NCBI GenBank assembly: GCA_021736985.1
Contig: JAIPEW010000012.1
Span: 13,526-77,525, forward strand
Source of the DNA: Clostridiales bacterium
Lineage (GTDB): Bacteria > Bacillota > Desulfotomaculia > Desulfotomaculales > VENG01
Reading direction: 5' to 3'
Length of the DNA stretch: 64,000 nucleotides
The position numbers and the translations under genes were made by a program. Every line of letters starts with the position of its first letter. The stretch's first letter is position 1. Below are positions 40,259 to 51,476 of the stretch, piece after piece. The notes beneath the pieces are model-generated. The model did no database searches, was not told the origin of the DNA, and worked only from the letters and a program-made list of their open reading frames with translations.

Positions 40259-41006
40259 TAACCAGTATGAGGAATTTAACTATAATAGCGAAGAGGTGCA
40301 GGATTACAATGATCCTGTGGAGAAAGACAATACTGTAGAGATGACAGGTGTGCAAAACTCACCTGGACTCGGGTTTTTAGAGCTTATTTACGGTATACTC
40401 TTTGAACCTGTAAAAACTTTTAAACAAATAGCTTTTAACCCTCCCATCGGGCAGGCGGTAATCATATATCTTGCAGTAAAGCTTTTGAGCGGAATAATGG
40501 GTGCGTTTATAAATGCTAATACCATGGCAGGGGCGCTTACGCAGGTACCTCCTATCCTGGCACAAGTAATTCATGGAATGGTGCCTTTGTTTATTCTGCT
40601 GGGACTTTTAATACAGTTTATAAAATGGTTTGTGTACAGCGGGGTTTTACATTTACTTGCGGATTTTTACGGAGGTGCGGGTACTGCCCGCGGAGTGTTT
40701 ACCGTTTATGGATTGGCAGCACTTCCTACTGTTTTTTTAATACCTGTACAATTGCTGCTGCTGGTTTTATCTCCCGGAGAGGGGTTTGTTAATCTCTTAA
40801 TCATACCTGTAACTCTTGCACTGGCAATATGGGGATTTATTATATTAATACTGGGTGTGCGCGAGGTTCACGAATTTTCAACCGGCAGGTCTGTATTAGT
40901 AATATTTACTCCTGTCATTGCAATAATCCTGCTGGTTATTATAGCTGCTGCAGTACTGTTTTCTGTGGCTGCATCATTACCGCATAACCTTCCTGGTATT
41001 TTTTAA
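40251..41006 (+). CDS. Yip1 family membrane protein
   Basis: Multi-TM, ILFEPVKTF and GVREVHEFSTGRS; ATG 40251 after GGAGG. Confidence 0.8.
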   Translation: MSNNQYEEFNYNSEEVQDYNDPVEKDNTVEMTGVQNSPGLGFLELIYGILFEPVKTFKQIAFNPPIGQAVIIYLAVKLLSGIMGAFINANTMAGALTQVPPILAQVIHGMVPLFILLGLLIQFIKWFVYSGVLHLLADFYGGAGTARGVFTVYGLAALPTVFLIPVQLLLLVLSPGEGFVNLLIIPVTLALAIWGFIILILGVREVHEFSTGRSVLVIFTPVIAIILLVIIAAAVLFSVAASLPHNLPGIF

Positions 41007-41084
41007 TTTTTCAGTAAAGGAAAAGGTTTTTGCGTATTGTTGAAGAAATAATAGATTAATAAATTTTTATTAAAGGTTAATGGT

Positions 41085-41492
41085 GTGGATTTTATGAGTG
41101 ATCGATGTAAAATTTTAGTTGCGGATGATCAACCAGGAGTTCTCAGATTGCTGCAGGAGATCCTGGAGGAAGATGGTTATGACGTAATAACAGCCAGGGA
41201 TGGCAGGCAGATACTGGAATTAATATCCCGGGAGCCCCCTGGTTTAATACTTATGGATTTAAAAATGCCTGGTATGGATGGTAAACAAGTGCTGGAAGAA
41301 TTGAAAAAAACAGATAGAAAAATACCCGTAATAGTAATGACTGCATATGATAAAAATGAAATTGTAGAAGATATAAATCTGGAGATTAAATACTATTTAA
41401 GAAAGCCCTTTGATTTGGAAGAAATACGTTCTGTAATTAAAGGATTTACTGGTACTGCAGGTGGTCTGTCTTCAAAGGGGGAAGATAGCTAA
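41085..41492 (+). CDS. Single-domain response regulator (Spo0F-like)
   Basis: ADDQ, MDLKMPGMDG, MTAY, KPF; position between pyrG and fba as for spo0F. Confidence 0.85.
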   Translation: MDFMSDRCKILVADDQPGVLRLLQEILEEDGYDVITARDGRQILELISREPPGLILMDLKMPGMDGKQVLEELKKTDRKIPVIVMTAYDKNEIVEDINLEIKYYLRKPFDLEEIRSVIKGFTGTAGGLSSKGEDS

Positions 41493-42184
41493 TGGAAAAT
41501 AATATTATAAATTCAACTGTGCAACTGGCTATGCGGTGTCCTGAATGTGGAAAACTAGAATATCACGAGCTTTCACGTTTTCAGTTGAGCGGAGTGAAGA
41601 GTCTTTATATAAATTGCAGTTGTGGCGCTGAAAAGCTAATTATAAAAACTAAAAAACATAAAGAATACTGGATTCAAGTACCTTGTGTAGTTTGTGAGAC
41701 AAGGCACCTGCATACTATTCCCGGTAAATTGATGTGGAACGGCGGTGTGCACTATCTTTTATGCCATGAAACCGGTCTCGAACTGGGTTTTTTGGGCCCG
41801 GAAGAAAAAGTTAAAGAGCTCACGTCAGGATATGAAGAAGATTTAAAAGCACTGGCCAGTGAGTTTCCAGATGACGATTACTTTCATAATTCTGACATAA
41901 TGTATGAAGTGTTGAACTGCCTGCACGACATAGCAGAAAGAGATGCCCTTTACTGCCAGTGTGGGAATCGCGATGTAGACGTTGATATTTTTCCTGACAG
42001 GCTTGAGCTGCACTGCAAGGAATGTGACAGTGTTAATATAATATATGCTGAAAATGAAGAAGACTTGAAAGTTATTCAAAAAGTAGACAATATTGAACTT
42101 GTTCAAAACGGGTTTGAATGTTTGGACAGCTATGCCAGCACGAAAAAAAGCTACAAAAATACTGGTAGAAAACGCAATAAATAA
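41492..42184 (+). CDS. Cys-rich hypothetical protein (putative Zn-binding)
   Basis: CPEC, CSC, CVVC, CQC, CKEC pairs. Confidence 0.8.
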   Translation: MENNIINSTVQLAMRCPECGKLEYHELSRFQLSGVKSLYINCSCGAEKLIIKTKKHKEYWIQVPCVVCETRHLHTIPGKLMWNGGVHYLLCHETGLELGFLGPEEKVKELTSGYEEDLKALASEFPDDDYFHNSDIMYEVLNCLHDIAERDALYCQCGNRDVDVDIFPDRLELHCKECDSVNIIYAENEEDLKVIQKVDNIELVQNGFECLDSYASTKKSYKNTGRKRNK

Positions 42185-42263
42185 TTGGAAACACCCCTAT
42201 ACGGGGTGTATAATTATTTTAAAAAGGGAAAATTAATGTAAACAAGAAGGGAGGTCGATTATA

Positions 42264-43121
42264 ATTAATAATTTTGTAACAGTAGATGAATTGTTAAATA
42301 AAGCCAGGGCAGAGAAATATGCAGTTGGAGCTTTTAACTGCAACAACATGGAAATTGTGCAGGCTATAATCCAAGCCGCAGATGAAGAGAGAGCACCGGT
42401 AATTGTTCAGGCAAGCCAGGGTGCCATAAAATACGCTGGAATTGAATACATAGTTGCTATGACTCGAACTGCTGCCAGTAAAGCAAGTGTACCCGTGGCC
42501 CTGCACCTGGATCATGGAACTAGCTTTGAGCAAATAATGCAGTGTATAAGGGCTGGTTTTAGTTCTGTCATGTTTGACGGTTCTAAGCTGCCGGTAGAAG
42601 AAAATATAAGTGTTACAAAACAGGTGTTGGCTGCTTCCCGTCCTGCAGGAATTTCAGTGGAAGCTGAGCTGGGAAAAATAGGCGGCACTGAAGATGATAT
42701 TACTGTAGACGAGCGGGACGCTATGTTTACTGATCCGCGGGAAGCCAGGGATTTTGTAGATAATACCGGTGTGGGATCGTTGGCTGTAGCAATTGGTACT
42801 GCTCATGGTGCGTACAAGGGCAAGCCTGAACTGGATTTTGAGCGGTTGAGCGAAATATCATCGCTGTTAGACATACCTATAGTTTTACATGGTTCTTCCG
42901 GTGTTCCTGACGAAGACATTAAGGAAGCAGTAAGCCGCGGTATTTGCAAAGTAAATATTGATACTAACATTCGTCAGGCTTTTACCCGGAAGTGCCGACA
43001 GGTACTTGAAGAAAAGCCGGAGGAAATTGATCCCCGTAAGGTTTTGGGTCCTGCCCGGGAAGCAGCAGTTGAAATCATAAGAGAGAAAATTAGAGTTTTC
43101 GGTAGTTCCGGAAAAGCGTAA
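42264..43121 (+). CDS. fba: Class II fructose-bisphosphate aldolase (probable non-canonical ATT/ATA start)
   Basis: YAVGAFN, LHLDHG, VEAELG, GTAHG, LHGSSG; GGGAGG at 42249-42254. Confidence 0.95.
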   Translation: MNNFVTVDELLNKARAEKYAVGAFNCNNMEIVQAIIQAADEERAPVIVQASQGAIKYAGIEYIVAMTRTAASKASVPVALHLDHGTSFEQIMQCIRAGFSSVMFDGSKLPVEENISVTKQVLAASRPAGISVEAELGKIGGTEDDITVDERDAMFTDPREARDFVDNTGVGSLAVAIGTAHGAYKGKPELDFERLSEISSLLDIPIVLHGSSGVPDEDIKEAVSRGICKVNIDTNIRQAFTRKCRQVLEEKPEEIDPRKVLGPAREAAVEIIREKIRVFGSSGKA

Positions 43122-43133
43122 GGTGGTGTTATT

Positions 43134-43781
43134 ATCAGGCTTTTTATTGACACGGCAAATGTTGATGAGATCCGTGAAATGAACGACCTGGGAGTTATAA
43201 GCGGAGTGACTACTAACCCATCCCTTATTGCCAGAGAAGGAAGAGACTTCAAAGAAGTAGTCAAAGAAATTGTGTCTATAGTTGATGGTCCGATAAGTGC
43301 CGAAGTAGTAAGTATGGAAGCTGGCGGCATGATAAAAGAAGCCGAAGACCTTTCCACTATTCATCCTAATATAGTAATTAAAATACCTATGACAGGGGAA
43401 GGACTTAAAGCAGTTAAGCATTGTACAGCAAAAGGAATAAGTACTAACGTGACCCTGGTTTTTTCAGCTAACCAGGCTCTTATGGCTGCTTTAGCAGGTG
43501 CTAATTATGTTAGTCCTTTTGTGGGCAGGCTGGATGATATAGGTGTAGATGGTGTTGAAGTAGTTGATGAAATTATACAGATATTTAATACGCACGCTCT
43601 TGATACAGAAGTTATATCCGCCAGCATAAGAAATCCAATGCACGTGACCAGGTCGGCCCAGGTTGGAGCAGATATAGCTACTGTACCCACAAAAGTCTTA
43701 AGGCAGTTGTTAAAGCATCCCTTAACAGATATTGGTATACAGAAATTCTTGGACGATTGGAAAAACGCTGGTATAAAATAA
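43134..43781 (+). CDS. tal: Transaldolase / fructose-6-phosphate aldolase (probable ATC/ATT start)
   Basis: LFIDTAN upstream of the first [25 protein letters not shown]. Confidence 0.93.
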   Translation: MRLFIDTANVDEIREMNDLGVISGVTTNPSLIAREGRDFKEVVKEIVSIVDGPISAEVVSMEAGGMIKEAEDLSTIHPNIVIKIPMTGEGLKAVKHCTAKGISTNVTLVFSANQALMAALAGANYVSPFVGRLDDIGVDGVEVVDEIIQIFNTHALDTEVISASIRNPMHVTRSAQVGADIATVPTKVLRQLLKHPLTDIGIQKFLDDWKNAGIK

Positions 43782-43993
43782 TAGTTTTATGCATCCAAGT
43801 TTTTACGTTTTCCCCGGTTGTAACTAAATGACAGTTACCTGCCTTTTTATCCGCTCTGATAAATGAAAGGGTGATCGCCGTTCCTGGATGCGGTTGCCCT
43901 TTCAACTAAGTTTTTCCTTCATTTATTAATTTTTCTGCTTTTTATAATAATACAATTAATTAAAAATATTATTTAATAGCAAATTACGGGGGG

Positions 43994-45253
43994 TTGTTTT
44001 TGAAAAGTTCAGAATTAGAAAACAAAACCATGGCAGAACTTTATAAAACTGCCAAGGATCTTGGTTTAAGCGGTTATTCACGCTTGCGCAAAAGAGAATT
44101 AATCTTTGAAATCATGAAAGCTCAGACAGAAAATAATGGTTTGCTCTTTGCCCAGGGTGTTTTAGAAACACTGCCGGATGGTTATGGGTTTTTGAGGCCT
44201 TTTCAGTATTTGCCCAGCAATGACGATATTTATGTTTCATTGTCGCAAATACGGCGTTTTGACCTGCGCACGGGTGATCTTGTAGCAGGTCAGGTGCGCG
44301 GGCCCAAGGATACTGAACGATATTATGCTCTTTTAAGGGTGGAACAAGTTAACGGAGAGGATCCAGAAACAGCTTCGGACCGCCTTCACTTTGAAGGCCT
44401 TACCCCCCTTTATCCCCAGGAGCGTATTAATCTAGAAGTTTCCCCGGGGTACAAGGCTACAAGGATAATTGACTTGCTGTCGCCAATTGGTAAAGGCCAG
44501 AGAGGACTTATTGTATCTCCTCCCAAGGCTGGTAAGACAATGTTGTTAAAGGAAATAGCCAATAGTATAACGCATAATGATCCTGAAATACATTTAATGG
44601 TGTTATTGATAGATGAGCGGCCCGAAGAAGTAACTGACATAGAGCGTTCCGTGCAGGGGGAAATTGTAAATTCAACCTTTGACGAACCGCCCGATAATCA
44701 TGTTAAAGTAGCTGATATGGTTTTAGAGAGGGCCAAACGCATGGTGGAGCACAAGCGGGATGTGGTAATCTTAATGGACAGTATAACCCGCCTGGCCAGG
44801 GCACATAACGTGGTTGTTCCTCCCAGCGGGCGTACCCTGAGCGGCGGGGTAGATCCTTCCAGCTTGCACAAGCCCAAGAGGTTTTTCGGGGCAGCACGTA
44901 ACATGGAAGAAGGCGGAAGCTTAACAATACTGGCAACTGCACTGGTAGACACCGGAAGCCGCATGGATGATGTTATATTTGAAGAATTTAAAGGAACGGG
45001 AAACATGGAGTTGCTGTTGGACAGGAAACTTGCTGACCGGCGTATATTTCCTGCAATAGATGTTGTTAAGTCAGGGACGCGTAAGGAAGAAATGCTGCTA
45101 AACAAACAGGAGTTGGATATGTTATGGCATTTTAGGAAGGCAATTGCCGGGATGTCATCTCTTGATGCTTTAGATATGCTGAACGATCATATCCAGAAAA
45201 CGCGCAGCAACAAGGAGTTAATTGAAGCATTCAGGGCACACAATAAATCTTAG
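43994..45253 (+). CDS. rho: Transcription termination factor Rho
   Basis: [33 protein letters not shown]. Confidence 0.98.
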   Translation: MFLKSSELENKTMAELYKTAKDLGLSGYSRLRKRELIFEIMKAQTENNGLLFAQGVLETLPDGYGFLRPFQYLPSNDDIYVSLSQIRRFDLRTGDLVAGQVRGPKDTERYYALLRVEQVNGEDPETASDRLHFEGLTPLYPQERINLEVSPGYKATRIIDLLSPIGKGQRGLIVSPPKAGKTMLLKEIANSITHNDPEIHLMVLLIDERPEEVTDIERSVQGEIVNSTFDEPPDNHVKVADMVLERAKRMVEHKRDVVILMDSITRLARAHNVVVPPSGRTLSGGVDPSSLHKPKRFFGAARNMEEGGSLTILATALVDTGSRMDDVIFEEFKGTGNMELLLDRKLADRRIFPAIDVVKSGTRKEEMLLNKQELDMLWHFRKAIAGMSSLDALDMLNDHIQKTRSNKELIEAFRAHNKS

Positions 45254-45307
45254 TCAAAAGCATCTTCAGTACACATGTCGTTATAATAACCTGGTGTTGT
45301 TTCACGG

Positions 45308-45362
45308 GAAACGGTTTTCCATGCGGTATATACTTTATACCGTGAGGAAAACCGTTTTTTTA
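45308..45362 (+). terminator. Long hairpin terminator after rho
   Basis: AAACGGTTTTCC..GCGGTATA-tactt-TATACCGT..GGAAAACCGTTTTTT. Confidence 0.75.
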
Positions 45363-45557
45363 TATTATATTGAAAGTTTTAGTTATTAAGCAAGGTTCCC
45401 TGTTGACTGAGAGCTTGTTTGCTGCGCAAAAAATTTTTGAGTAAACAAAACGTTATTATGTAACTAGTAAATCTAACTGTTTTTGTATAAACTTTGAAAA
45501 ATTGGTGATACTGGTTAAAGAATACCACATTATTGTCATTTATCAAGTAATTAGAAG

Positions 45558-46430
45558 GTGATGAACATGATTAGATTTACAAGATATATAAAAATTACGG
45601 CTGTCATAAATGTGCTTGCAGTATTATTTGCTTTTTCAGCACCTGCACATGCGCGGTGGGATGAGTTAGTGAAACCAGGTGTTCGCTATGCGGGCCCGCC
45701 TTTACAGGAAAATGTGCAGAGTAAGCCGTCCAGTGTTTATAAGGTAAAAGAAGGCGATACCCTGTCCGAGATTGCATGCAGGTACAGTATATCAACAGAT
45801 AAATTAGCAGCATTAAACAACCTGACTGACAAAAACCTTATATATGTTGGACAAATTATACACTTACCTGTAAGCGTAGTAGTTCACGAGGTTTCCAGGG
45901 GAGAGACGCTTTCTTGCATTGCCAGCAATTATAATGTTGACGCAAATTACGTTGCCCACTATAATAATCTGGAAGATGGGAGTAATCTATGTGTTGGCAA
46001 TAAGATCTGTATACCGGTAGAAGGTTATAGCCTGGCTAAGAGTCTTCCGGTAGGAAAATTGCCCTGGCCGGTAGACGGGTGGATTAGTTCACCATTTGGA
46101 ATGCGAAACGGGCGGCTTCATGAAGGTGTTGACCTGGGGGCTAACACGGGTACTCCGGTTCGTGCTGCCCGTGAGGGGCGCGTAACTATTGCTGCTTCCA
46201 GGGGTACTTACGGGCTTACCGTAATCATAGACCACGGCAGCGGCCTGACAACGCTGTATGCCCATTGTTCCAGCCTTCTTGTGAGAGAAGGTGAATGGGT
46301 GCGCGCGGGAGAAAAAATAGCACGGGTAGGCAGTACAGGGCGTTCTACCGGTCCTCACTTGCATTTTGAAGTCAGGCTTGAAGGAATTTCTTATGATCCC
46401 CTGTTATGCCTGAGGAAAGGGTATGCATAA
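45558..46430 (+). CDS. LysM-LysM-M23 peptidase
   Basis: Signal peptide, two LysM domains, HEGVD and HLHFE motifs. Confidence 0.92.
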   Translation: MMNMIRFTRYIKITAVINVLAVLFAFSAPAHARWDELVKPGVRYAGPPLQENVQSKPSSVYKVKEGDTLSEIACRYSISTDKLAALNNLTDKNLIYVGQIIHLPVSVVVHEVSRGETLSCIASNYNVDANYVAHYNNLEDGSNLCVGNKICIPVEGYSLAKSLPVGKLPWPVDGWISSPFGMRNGRLHEGVDLGANTGTPVRAAREGRVTIAASRGTYGLTVIIDHGSGLTTLYAHCSSLLVREGEWVRAGEKIARVGSTGRSTGPHLHFEVRLEGISYDPLLCLRKGYA

Positions 46431-46604
46431 TTTATCCCTGTTTATCTTCTTGTCACCGCGTGTAGCCTTGTGGTATAATACTCAAGTATGTAAATTATTC
46501 ATTTAACTGTGCGACATTCAATATAACTAAAAATAACCATGTTGCATGACATTGCGCATGGCTCCAGAGGTGCAGAAGAGTATTTTAGGAAAGAGGTGAA
46601 TATA

Positions 46605-46817
46605 ATGAAGAAAAATAATACCCATCCCGAGTATGGAGAAGCTACTATAACTTGTGTATGTGGAAACACGTTCAAGACTGGTTCTACTACCCCCGGGAAT
46701 ATTAAAGTAGAAATCTGTTCAAATTGTCACCCATTCTATACCGGTGCCCGCCGTACAGTTGAAACCGGTGGAAGGGCTGAGAAATTCCGTAAAAAATATG
46801 GTTTAGATAATAAGTAA
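46605..46817 (+). CDS. rpmE: 50S ribosomal protein L31 (Zn-binding type)
   Basis: [18 protein letters not shown]; ATG 46605 after GAGGTG. Confidence 0.97.
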   Translation: MKKNNTHPEYGEATITCVCGNTFKTGSTTPGNIKVEICSNCHPFYTGARRTVETGGRAEKFRKKYGLDNK

Positions 46818-46872
46818 TGGTATTTAGCAGGGCACAGCAGCTCTGCTATTTGTTTCTAAAGGGGAGAGGTAG

Positions 46873-47757
46873 ATGAAACCAAAACAATATCATTATGGCG
46901 GCCAGGCGGTAATTGAAGGAGTGATGATGCGGGGCCCGCAAACCCGGTCAGTTGCTGTACGCTGTCCTGACTCTACGATAGTGATAGATGAAAAACCGGT
47001 AAGTTCAATAACTTCCCGGCATAAAATACTAAGATGGCCCATGATCAGGGGAGTAATTATCTTATTTGAATCTCTAATTATGGGCTTGAATGCACTTTCT
47101 TATTCGGCCAACCAGGCATTGGGTGAAGAAGAAGAATTGACTACCCGGGATTTAGTCTTTACCATAGGAATAGCCGTTGTTTTAGCCGTGCTGCTTTTTA
47201 TAGTAGTGCCTACCGGGGCAACCCATTTCCTGGTATCCAGAGAATACGGGAGTCTTATTGAAAACCTTGTAGAAGGTATTATACGTATAGGCGTATTTTT
47301 GCTTTATATAGTTGGGATATCTTTTATGCCTGATATTCGCCGCGTATTTGAATACCACGGTGCAGAGCACAAAACTATAAATGCTTATGAAGCCGGGGAA
47401 GAACTCGAGACTGAAAATGTGCAGCGATATTCCACGTTCCACCCGCGTTGTGGAACAAGTTTTATAATCATAGTTTTGATAGTTAGTATACTGGTATTTG
47501 CCCTGCTGGGCGAGCAGGTGTTGTGGTGGAGAATTGTCTCCCGTATTTTGCTTCTGCCGGTAGTGGCCGGTGTTTCTTATGAATTGCTCAAACTTTCGGC
47601 TAAATTTGAAAATAATCCCTTATTTAAATTAATTATAATGCCCGGGAAGTTGATACAAAAGCTCACCACGAATAAACCGGATGACAGCCAGGTAAAAGTG
47701 GCTATAGCTGCTCTGTCTGCTGTTCTGCAAGAAAACAGGGGTGAAGAGAATGTTTGA
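46873..47757 (+). CDS. DUF1385 family membrane protein
   Basis: [26 protein letters not shown]. Confidence 0.93.
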   Translation: MKPKQYHYGGQAVIEGVMMRGPQTRSVAVRCPDSTIVIDEKPVSSITSRHKILRWPMIRGVIILFESLIMGLNALSYSANQALGEEEELTTRDLVFTIGIAVVLAVLLFIVVPTGATHFLVSREYGSLIENLVEGIIRIGVFLLYIVGISFMPDIRRVFEYHGAEHKTINAYEAGEELETENVQRYSTFHPRCGTSFIIIVLIVSILVFALLGEQVLWWRIVSRILLLPVVAGVSYELLKLSAKFENNPLFKLIIMPGKLIQKLTTNKPDDSQVKVAIAALSAVLQENRGEENV

Positions 47758-48823
47758 AAAGCTGGATAGGCTGGTGGAACGCTACGACGAATTAAGCGAA
47801 ATAATAAGTGATCCCGAGGTAATCGCAGACCATGAAAAATGGCAGAAATACGTAAAAAGCCATGCTGAATTAGAAGAGATAGTTAACACGTACAGCGATT
47901 ATAAAAAGGTAGTTAAAGAAATAGAAGAAGCCCGGGATATGTTAAAAGACCAGCAGGAATCAGAGATGAAAGAAATGGTTGAAAGTGAACTGGCAGAACT
48001 GGCAGAAAAAAAAGAAAAACTTGACAAACAACTAAAGTCTTTGCTGCTGCCCAGGGATCCAAATGATAAGAAAAACGTGTTTATGGAGATTCGTGCCGGA
48101 AGCGGCGGAGAAGAAGCTGCCCTTTTTGCCATGGATCTTTATCGCATGTATTCAAGATATTCTGAACACCAGGGATGGAAAATTGATATGATGAATACAA
48201 ATTATACAGATCTGGGCGGTATAAAAGAAGTTGTATTCATGGTTATTGGAAAAGGAGCTTTCAGCAAGCTGAAATTTGAAAGCGGTGTACACAGGGTGCA
48301 GAGAGTTCCAACTACCGAGTCGGGAGGGCGCATACACACATCAGCTGCAACAGTGGCAGTGCTGCCGGAGGCTGAGGATGTGGATGTTGAAATTAGTCCA
48401 GAGGATTTGAGGATTGATTATTTCTGTTCTTCGGGTCCGGGCGGGCAGTCTGTAAATACAACACAGTCTGCAGTGCGCCTTACCCACCTGCCTACAGGGC
48501 AAGTTGTGTCCATGCAGGATGAAAAATCACAGCACAAAAACAAGGATAAAGCAATGAAAGTACTAAAAGCGCGTCTCCTTGATTTAGCCCAGCATGAGCA
48601 GCAAAAAGAACAGGATGATAGCCGCAGGTCCCAGGTAGGGTCTGGAGACCGGAGCGAAAGGATCAGAACTTATAACTTTCCTCAAAATAGAGTTACCGAT
48701 CACCGCATAGGGCTTACATCGCACAAGCTCCAGCAGATATTAATGGGAGAGCTGGACGAAATAATAAGTACACTGATTACAACTGACCATGCCGAGATGT
48801 TAAAGCAGGTGAATGAAGCATGA
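47750..48823 (+). CDS. prfA: Peptide chain release factor 1
   Basis: [10 protein letters not shown] (PxT), [14 protein letters not shown]. Confidence 0.97.
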   Translation: MFEKLDRLVERYDELSEIISDPEVIADHEKWQKYVKSHAELEEIVNTYSDYKKVVKEIEEARDMLKDQQESEMKEMVESELAELAEKKEKLDKQLKSLLLPRDPNDKKNVFMEIRAGSGGEEAALFAMDLYRMYSRYSEHQGWKIDMMNTNYTDLGGIKEVVFMVIGKGAFSKLKFESGVHRVQRVPTTESGGRIHTSAATVAVLPEAEDVDVEISPEDLRIDYFCSSGPGGQSVNTTQSAVRLTHLPTGQVVSMQDEKSQHKNKDKAMKVLKARLLDLAQHEQQKEQDDSRRSQVGSGDRSERIRTYNFPQNRVTDHRIGLTSHKLQQILMGELDEIISTLITTDHAEMLKQVNEA

Positions 48824-49722
48824 CAATAGATATAAAAAGCGCCCTTCTAGAAGGGCGCTTTTTTCTTAAGCAAGCAGGGATATCCAGTTATTCTCTGGAT
48901 GCAGAGATATTGCTTTCTTATGCAACAGATAAGAAAAAAGAATTTATTTATCGCGAGCCATGTTTTACTGTCCCGGATGAAAATTATTCCATGTATATGG
49001 CCGTGCTGCGGGAGAGGGCCCGGGGAAAACCGGTCGCATATTTAACAGGGCACAAAGAATTCATGGGACTGCAGTTTAAAGTAGATAAAAGGGTGCTTAT
49101 TCCTCGCCCAGAAACTGAATTATTAGTAGAGACAGCACTGGCCCTGCTGGGCGGCCCGCACCCCCCGGAGGGGCTGCCCGTGAAACTTCCCCCTGTTCCA
49201 GGGGCAGGAAGAGTGGTCGATATAGGAACCGGGAGCGGGGCTGCAGCCTTAAGCCTGGCGTATTACCTGCCGGAGTTGTATGTGTATGCTGCAGATATTT
49301 CTAAAGGGGCCCTGGAAGTAGCACGGCACAACGCCTGCTGCCTGGGAGTAAGCGAGCGGGTTGAATTTTTACATGGAGACCTGCTTGAGCCTTTAAAAAA
49401 CAAGATTGGTTTATCTGAAATATCTTTAATGACTGCTAACCTGCCTTATATACCTTCAGAAGAAATGCCTTTTCTCCCGCCCGGTGTAAAAAATTATGAG
49501 CCTGAAGGTGCCCTGGATGGTGGTACGGATGGCCTGGTTTACTACAGGGAATTATTATATGGTGCCCTTGGATACATGGCTCCGGGGGGCTGTATACTCA
49601 TGGAGATAGCCCCGGGACAGGAAAAAAAGATTTACGATATATCCCCGCCCGGCACTGTTATTAATATAGTAAAAGACCCGGGAGGAAAAGAACGCCTGAT
49701 AATTTTGCGTGTGGGCACATAA
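48820..49722 (+). CDS. prmC: Release factor glutamine methyltransferase
   Basis: [24 protein letters not shown]. Confidence 0.95.
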   Translation: MTIDIKSALLEGRFFLKQAGISSYSLDAEILLSYATDKKKEFIYREPCFTVPDENYSMYMAVLRERARGKPVAYLTGHKEFMGLQFKVDKRVLIPRPETELLVETALALLGGPHPPEGLPVKLPPVPGAGRVVDIGTGSGAAALSLAYYLPELYVYAADISKGALEVARHNACCLGVSERVEFLHGDLLEPLKNKIGLSEISLMTANLPYIPSEEMPFLPPGVKNYEPEGALDGGTDGLVYYRELLYGALGYMAPGGCILMEIAPGQEKKIYDISPPGTVINIVKDPGGKERLIILRVGT

Positions 49723-49762
49723 ATAACCTTTAATGTTGGGTATTTTATACTAAAGTGAAAAC

Positions 49763-49960
49763 TTAATTCGTAAACTCTTAAAAAATGCAGATAACAAACT
49801 GCAAATTAAAAGAGCCGGGGGGGGGTTCTGGAAGGTAGCGCATACCATAAGATCCCCAAAACCCGGCTACTTAGGGCGTAAAAAACTTGCTGTGCAGTAT
49901 CACAGAGCGGAATTTGCTCCGTTGTGATCAATTCAAGACAAGAACCGTTCCCGGTATTAA
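49763..49960 (+). repeat. TTAA-bounded element (modules A, B2; alternative right end RE2)
   Basis: 49862-49902 matches 28485-28525 at 39 of 41 nt; ends CTCCGTTGTGATCAATTCAAGACAAGAACCGTTCCCGGTATTAA. Confidence 0.82.
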
Positions 49961-49986
49961 CTTTAGTATAATTAGAGGGGTATAGT

Positions 49987-51261
49987 ATGCAGGATACAGC
50001 GATATTCGTTGGAATTGTATTTGTTTTAACGTATATTATGATAGTATGGGAAAAAGTACATCGAACAGTTGTTGCTCTTGTGGGAGCCATGTTATTAGTA
50101 TTGACTGGAATTATATCCCAGGAAAGAGCAGTACATGCAATTGAATTTAACACCATAGGACTTTTAATTGGTATGATGATTATAGTGAGTATCACCAGGC
50201 GTACGGGACTTTTTGAGTTCCTGGCTGTTTGGACAGCAAAAGTTGCACAGGCCAGGCCGGGCAGAATAATGATGGGGCTTGCACTGCTTACTGCGGTTGC
50301 CTCGGCACTTTTAGATAATGTAACAACAGTTCTCCTGGTGGTTCCTGTTACTATTGAGATTGTGAGTATATTGAGGGTAAACCCGGTTCCTTTCTTAATT
50401 GTGGAAATTATAGCTTCTAACATAGGAGGTACTGCTACTCTCATAGGAGATCCTCCTAACATAATGATCGGTGGTTACACAGGGCTTAGTTTCATAAGTT
50501 TTATAGTCAATTTAGCGCCGGTGGCTATAATTATTTTTATTGTGACCATGGCCATACTCTGGTTCCTTTATAAGTCTAGTCTGGATGTTGAAGAAAAAAA
50601 CAGGCGGGATTTGCTGGAGTTAAATGAATTCGACACGATAGATGACACAGTTCTTTTAAAAAAGTGCCTTTTTGTTTTGGGGCTTACTATACTGGGTTTT
50701 GTACTGCACGGCTATTTAGGGTTAGAATCAGCGAGTATTGCCCTGGGGGGTGCTGCTTTACTGCTGCTTATAAGCGGCGCACAGCCGGAAGGGATACTTG
50801 AAGGAGTTGAGTGGCAGGTAATTTTTTTCTTTGTGGGCTTGTTTATACTGGTGGGAGCCCTGGAAGAAGTAGGCATTATAAAGATGATTGCTAAAAGCGG
50901 AATGGAATTAACCGGCGGAGAAATGGTTTCTACCGGCCTGCTGATACTGTGGCTTTCTGCTGTAGCATCAGCTTTTGTGGACAACATACCATTTGTGGCT
51001 ACGATGATTCCTTTAGTTGACGAGATGGGGACACTGGCTAATGTGCAGAACATTAACCCGTGGTGGTGGGCGCTTGCCCTGGGCGGGTGCCTTGGCGGCA
51101 ACGGTTCTCTGGTTGGCGCGGCAGCCAACGTGGTAGCTGTTGGACTGGCAGAACGACGGAATGTACAGCTGACCTTTCTTGGTTTTTTAAAAGTAGGTTT
51201 TCCTATCATGCTGCTGTCAGTTTTCATAGCCATGTTATATTTACTGTTGTTTTATTTTTAA
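49987..51261 (+). CDS. ArsB/NhaD (IT superfamily) transporter
   Basis: SALLDNVTT, GGTATLIGDPPN, SAFVDNIP. Confidence 0.88.
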   Translation: MQDTAIFVGIVFVLTYIMIVWEKVHRTVVALVGAMLLVLTGIISQERAVHAIEFNTIGLLIGMMIIVSITRRTGLFEFLAVWTAKVAQARPGRIMMGLALLTAVASALLDNVTTVLLVVPVTIEIVSILRVNPVPFLIVEIIASNIGGTATLIGDPPNIMIGGYTGLSFISFIVNLAPVAIIIFIVTMAILWFLYKSSLDVEEKNRRDLLELNEFDTIDDTVLLKKCLFVLGLTILGFVLHGYLGLESASIALGGAALLLLISGAQPEGILEGVEWQVIFFFVGLFILVGALEEVGIIKMIAKSGMELTGGEMVSTGLLILWLSAVASAFVDNIPFVATMIPLVDEMGTLANVQNINPWWWALALGGCLGGNGSLVGAAANVVAVGLAERRNVQLTFLGFLKVGFPIMLLSVFIAMLYLLLFYF

Positions 51262-51407
51262 TTAATGCGCTGCAATAGCTCACCCCGTATGAGCGAATTG
51301 AGCCTGAATTTTAGTTTAACCTGCAAAGTGAACGGAGCGAGTAAGGGTAAAGAGTGAGCGTTCAGTTTTTATGTTTGTATGTGAGCAGATAATAGTGGGC
51401 GATTTAA
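51262..51407 (+). repeat. Possible highly diverged TTAA-bounded element
   Basis: Starts TTAA; ends GTGAGCAGATAATAGTGGGCGATTTAA, resembling RE1; internal TGAACG...CGTTCA hairpin. Confidence 0.4.
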
Positions 51408-51476
51408 TTAATGCTTTCTTTTACATGAAGTGGGTTTATGGTATACTTAACCCCATAGAAAAGCAGGAGTGATTAT

